Source: Nitrospira sp.
GTDB taxonomy: Bacteria > Nitrospirota > Nitrospiria > Nitrospirales > Nitrospiraceae
Reading direction: 5' to 3'
NCBI GenBank assembly: GCA_037045225.1
Contig: JBAOHZ010000008.1
Coordinates: 282 to 64,281, forward strand
DNA length: 64,000 nucleotides
Made by a program: the position numbers and the translations under genes. Positions 60,608-64,000 of this stretch are shown one piece after another (positions within the stretch are counted from its first letter, which is position 1; each line of letters begins with the position of its first letter). The notes beneath the pieces were generated by a model, which was not told the DNA's origin, did not search any database, and was given only the letters and a program-made list of their open reading frames with translations.

Positions 60608-60892
60608 CTCGGTGACGAAAGCACCGCTGCGAAGGACCTAGCAACATCCCTGCATCGTCAATCAGATGGGGTTGTATTGTTCTGGGCTAACCGCATCTTC
60701 GATAGGAGTCTTCCGAGCCAGTTCTTTGTTGGCCAATCCTCAGCACGGCAGCGGTGGAAGGGGAAGCCGCCGATGCCTCGCTTACCATTGGAGCCTATAC
60801 TGCTCTCAGAATACAATCCGGCCGCCACGCCTAAGACATGAAGGCGACCAAGATAATGATCTTCATAACTATCTGGCCCATGTTACGTTCCT

Positions 60893-61339
60893 TCAGTATT
60901 TTGCGATGAGCGCAATCCCGCCAATCATGAGTACAACTCCCACTACACGCCAATGGTTGATCTCGTGCACCGGCATATGGAACCAGCCATAGTGGTCCAG
61001 CAAGAGGGACATGACCAGAGCTGTGGTCACGGTGAAACCGATAAAAGGTCCCGCTCCGATTTTTTGCACAAGCGTGAGCCCGGCATAGACCTGAACGGCT
61101 CCGACCAGGCCGCACAAGGGAGCCCACCACGGCATCCTTGCGAGGCCTTCGCTACTCGGAAGTGGGTTTGGAAACATTGCAAAAATGCATAAGAAGAAAG
61201 CAGTGATCAGCGCGAAGGACACGGCACTTGCGAGCCACTTGTTTTCCAAAGACTGAAAGAGCTGGGCATTCATCGCAGCGCCGCAGGTCTGCAGCGCCCC
61301 TCCCACAATGATGAAAGGGTAAATCCAGAAAGAGTTCAT
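60893..61339 (-). CDS. DMT-type membrane protein (DUF606/YdcZ-like)
   Basis: 148 aa with 4-5 TM helices. An AGGAGGAGAA RBS precedes the start. Confidence 0.55.
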   Translation of the reverse strand: MNSFWIYPFIIVGGALQTCGAAMNAQLFQSLENKWLASAVSFALITAFFLCIFAMFPNPLPSSEGLARMPWWAPLCGLVGAVQVYAGLTLVQKIGAGPFIGFTVTTALVMSLLLDHYGWFHMPVHEINHWRVVGVVLMIGGIALIAKY

Positions 61340-61448
61340 TTCTCCTCCTTACACCACCTCTGTGGCGGCAATGGCGGCAAAACCTTGAGAAGACCTCAGT
61401 GCGCCACGCACCTCCGCGAGCAGTGAGCTCTGAAAAAACCTCATGTCT

Positions 61449-61770
61449 CTCAGAAGGTCCCGCTTGAGCCGTTTGTACAGAAGGACTGAGCAAGTCGCGG
61501 ACCAGCAGGCACGAACCATGCGACTGCAGAGCGATGCACTCCTTGCAAATTGGAAGAGTCACTCCGGCATGATCATGAAACCATTGACACTAATAGGAGG
61601 ATCGACGCATTAGGCTTTGAGCAGGAATGAGGCTAGGCCGACAGACACTATCAGAGGATAAACGGGCCAAGGAACGTGGGTTGGGCAGAATTCCCCCATC
61701 AGTGAGGAACTTCCACCCAAAGGCTAGGGGGTAATTCCGTATTGCAGGATCTTGTCGAAGAGCTATCGCC
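61449..61770. repeat. about 320-bp repeat, copy 2 (includes an orphan remnant of an ntrC-like 3' end)
   Basis: See copy 1. Minus-strand reading of 61740-61775 gives ...[12 protein letters not shown], compared with [15 protein letters not shown] at the end of the intact regulator. Confidence 0.75.
61489..61504 (-). promoter_or_regulatory. sigma-54 (-24/-12) promoter upstream of the 60893-61339 gene
   Basis: The same TGGTCCGCGACTTGCT element as copy 1, with the CATGATCATG palindrome at 61568-61577. Confidence 0.55.
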
Positions 61771-61813
61771 GGGCTCGATTGCGGCATCCTTGCCATTAGA
61801 CGAAAAGATGAGC

Positions 61814-63019
61814 CTATCCCTCCTCGCTCAGACCATTGATCCGTCCGGGGCCTTTGCCATGTATTTCATCACGGGGTAAGAGATGCCGCGGGGTGTACCT
61901 CCAGCTAGCAATCAGGGTGGGAACGACAGCGCTCGCAATAACGGCCGCCACTAAGAAGGAGTATTGTTCTTGAGTCACGATGCCATGCGCCAGACCATAG
62001 AGCGACGAGATGGTGCCGAATGTCAAACCCGTGGACATCAACAGCGTGTAGTACCACCGCTCATTTTGGTCCTGTCGAAACAGTCCAATGATCGGATATA
62101 GACCGAAGATTTTGGAGGAGACCTTGCCAGCCAAGAGCGCGAGGAACACCAGCGGAGCAGATAGCAACGCCGGCAGCGAGACGAGAGTACCGGCACGAAT
62201 GAAATAGAAGGGCGTGAGCAGCCCCACGGTGAGTGTGCGCAGCCGACGAATCCAGTGCGTATCCTTGGCCGCACTCCCGGCAAGCACCATGCCCGCAATG
62301 TATGCAGGAAGCACGGCTTCGCTACCCGACCATAAGGCCAATGAGCCCAGCCCAAGCAAAATGAGCATCACCCACTTTGTACGGATGGCGGCGGTTCGGT
62401 GAGCCAGATGACGGGTTAACCATGCGGTAACTGTCGGCAATGACGCCAAGACCAGGGCGCTTCCGAGGACAAAGACGATCGTCTTATAGGTAAATGGAGC
62501 GAAGAGTAGACCGAGGACAATCACCGTCCCCAGATCATTGATGAAACAGGACCCGAGAATCCCTTTGCCATACTCGGTTTTATTTAGACCGGTTTCAAGC
62601 ATCACGGCATACACTACCGCCATGGAGGTCGTCGAAAGGGCCACGCCACAGAGCCAGCTCGCTCGGGAATCCCATCCAAGGACATAGTAGGCAACAGCGG
62701 CACACCCGAGAAACGGTGCCGCGAAACCTACGAAGCCCACCACGTTGACTTCTCGCAGTTTCGACCGCAGTACCTGGGGATCAAGTTCCGCTCCAGCAAG
62801 AAAGGTGAGGACGACGGCACCAAACGCCGCAAGGAACCGTACCCATTCAGCATTTGGCGTGAGGATTTCTGGCAGCCCCCAGCAGCTCAACAGCGCGGCG
62901 GCGGCAACGCCCACACAAATTTCGACCAATGCGACCGATACGCGCAGTTGGAACGCGAGGAGGGAAGAGAGGACAGCGAGAGACAGCCAAAGCGATGCAA
63001 CCGTAAAGATCTGTTCCAT
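61814..63019 (-). CDS. cation:proton antiporter (CPA2 / Kef-type membrane domain)
   Basis: 401 aa with about 12 TM helices and the Na_H_exchanger family pattern. A GGAGGA RBS is present. Confidence 0.8.
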   Translation of the reverse strand: MEQIFTVASLWLSLAVLSSLLAFQLRVSVALVEICVGVAAAALLSCWGLPEILTPNAEWVRFLAAFGAVVLTFLAGAELDPQVLRSKLREVNVVGFVGFAAPFLGCAAVAYYVLGWDSRASWLCGVALSTTSMAVVYAVMLETGLNKTEYGKGILGSCFINDLGTVIVLGLLFAPFTYKTIVFVLGSALVLASLPTVTAWLTRHLAHRTAAIRTKWVMLILLGLGSLALWSGSEAVLPAYIAGMVLAGSAAKDTHWIRRLRTLTVGLLTPFYFIRAGTLVSLPALLSAPLVFLALLAGKVSSKIFGLYPIIGLFRQDQNERWYYTLLMSTGLTFGTISSLYGLAHGIVTQEQYSFLVAAVIASAVVPTLIASWRYTPRHLLPRDEIHGKGPGRINGLSEEG

Positions 63020-63053
63020 TCAACAATCCTCCATCAATTCGACTGCTGGACAT

Positions 63054-63076
63054 AAAAAAACCGCCTGGGAGCGGTT
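63054..63076 (-). terminator. intrinsic terminator of the fluoride-riboswitch expression platform
   Basis: Minus strand AACCGC-TCCCAG-GCGGTT followed by TTTTTTT, 35 nt before the antiporter ATG. The 5' arm can alternatively pair with GCGGAGTTGTC (plus-strand 63090-63100) to form an antiterminator. Confidence 0.7.
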
Positions 63077-63116
63077 GTCACAGCAATAGGACAACTCCGC
63101 AGCTACATCAAGATAG

Positions 63117-63168
63117 CCTAGGAGTCATCAGCCTTCGGAAAGGCGGTTGACGGGGGACTCCATCCCCT
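63117..63168 (-). ncRNA. fluoride riboswitch aptamer (crcB motif)
   Basis: Minus strand AGGGGAUGGAGUCCCCCGUCAACCGCCUUUCCGAAGGCUGAUGACUCCUAGG matches the crcB-motif pattern GGnGAUGGnnUnCnCC..AACCGC-hairpin-GCUGAUGAnnCCUA. The pseudoknot pair GGAGU/ACUCC is present. Compare the P. syringae and B. cereus aptamers as I recall them. Confidence 0.85.
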
Positions 63169-63252
63169 GTTGCCTGTACATTACTTCAAGTTAGCGGGAG
63201 AAGGCTAGCCCTGAAAGCCCGCATGACGTGAAAGCCCTCTCGGCCGGTCGCG

Positions 63253-63280
63253 AATGATACCCGGCCAGCGGGATAGTCAA
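63253..63280 (-). promoter_or_regulatory. candidate sigma-70 promoter for the riboswitch leader
   Basis: Minus strand TTGACT (63280-63275), a 15-16 nt spacer and TATCAT(T) (63259-63253). It sits just downstream of the decayed gpmA. Confidence 0.4.
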
Positions 63281-63291
63281 AGAAATTTCCA

Positions 63292-63973
63292 CTAAGCTAT
63301 CTTTGTGCAAAACGATTCAGAAGGCACCTGGGAGGAGTTCGCTTTCAAAGCATTTGGTACTAATGCGGAGTTGCGCGTACAGTCCTGAATATACTTGGCA
63401 CATCGCCTCCCAGTTATTTCTGGCAATCAGATGGTAGCGCGCACAGCCACGTGCATCATCTGTTCTCCCGAAAGATGGTCAAGATGCACCACCAGGTCCT
63501 CAGACTATTGCCATGCGCGACGACAATGACCGTTTCTCCGGCCAGTACGTGAGGCTGTATCTTACGTTGATAGTACGCAGCACACGAGCGGCCGTGTCTT
63601 GTAAGCTTTCACCGGGCGGCCTGGCATCATAACTTCGACGCCATAGTAAGACCTGATGCTCTCCATACCGGTTGGCCGTCTTGTCTTTATTCAATCCTTA
63701 TAAACTTCCATACATCCGCTCATTGAGTGCCTCATCGTTCTCATTAGGAATAGATCCTTGTTCGACTACCGCTAACACATAACTGAGCGTTTCAATTGCT
63801 CGCACAAGCCGGGAAGTAAACGCCCGATCAAACCTATAATGTGCGAGTTCCTTGCCGGCAGCGATTGCTGCTTCCCTGCCCTTTGCTGAAAGCGGGACAT
63901 CGATCCACCCGGTGAATCGATTCTCCAGGTTCCCTTGTGATCGGCCATGTCGAAGAAGTACCAACTGCCCCAC
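63292..63973 (-). pseudogene. gpmA: 2,3-bisphosphoglycerate-dependent phosphoglycerate mutase (gpmA) with a nonsense codon and two or more frameshifts
   Basis: MGQLVLLRHGRSQGNLENRFTGWIDVPLS...[39 protein letters not shown]..., with TAA where Q is expected. The protein then continues as [26 protein letters not shown] and LVVHLDHLSGEQ in other frames. Confidence 0.7.
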
Positions 63974-64000
63974 TCATTCCCCTTTCAAATCGATCGGTCG

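Overview
High-GC bacterial DNA, Nitrospirae-like by gene content (an impression only). It splits into three blocks.

(1) 1-16.5 kb, housekeeping or cargo genes, all on the minus strand:
- phosphoketolase (partial), a c-type cytochrome and a DUF1207-like protein
- a TolC-fusion / HlyD / RbbA / YhhJ efflux operon
- an NADP-dependent Zn alcohol dehydrogenase, an ArnT-like glycosyltransferase and a cupin
- a YbhFSR-like ABC-2 exporter whose ATPase gene is cut off at about 16538

(2) About 16.5-53.8 kb, a conjugative plasmid or ICE backbone:
- an IS5/IS427-group IS with a programmed frameshift, followed by a decayed low-GC patch
- a MobC plus VirD2-like relaxase module with a candidate nic site ATATCCTG|C
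- a replication initiator with 6 iterons and a DnaA box, then ParAB and a tyrosine recombinase
- a dense run of toxin-antitoxin and early genes: ParDE, DUF1778/GNAT, decayed higB with intact higA, PIN/HTH, Fic and RadC
- a VirB2-B11/VirD4 type IV secretion system, then TraX, a TrbM-like protein and lipoproteins

(3) 53.9-64 kb:
- transporters
- a split CHASE3 gene, then a histidine kinase and a sigma-54-dependent (NtrC-family) response regulator, with a duplicated sigma-54 promoter cassette
- a clear fluoride riboswitch (crcB motif) with a terminator/antiterminator in front of a CPA2 cation:proton antiporter
- a decayed gpmA gene

Most interesting observation: a roughly 250-320 nt GC-rich non-coding element occurs three times (30342-30659, 32376-32682, 37232-37480). 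Each copy ends in a GGCTCTC...GAGAGCC hairpin 26-27 nt before the start codon of a minus-strand gene: two paralogous small-protein/DUF6908-like modules and radC. Every intact gene between the predicted nic site and the T4SS points back toward oriT, so these genes are templated by the predicted transferred strand. I therefore propose the elements are leading-region single-strand promoters or radC-motif-like elements. This is unverified.

Many genes in the window carry frameshifts or stop codons. All calls come from reading translations and motifs by eye; no searches or folding programs were run.
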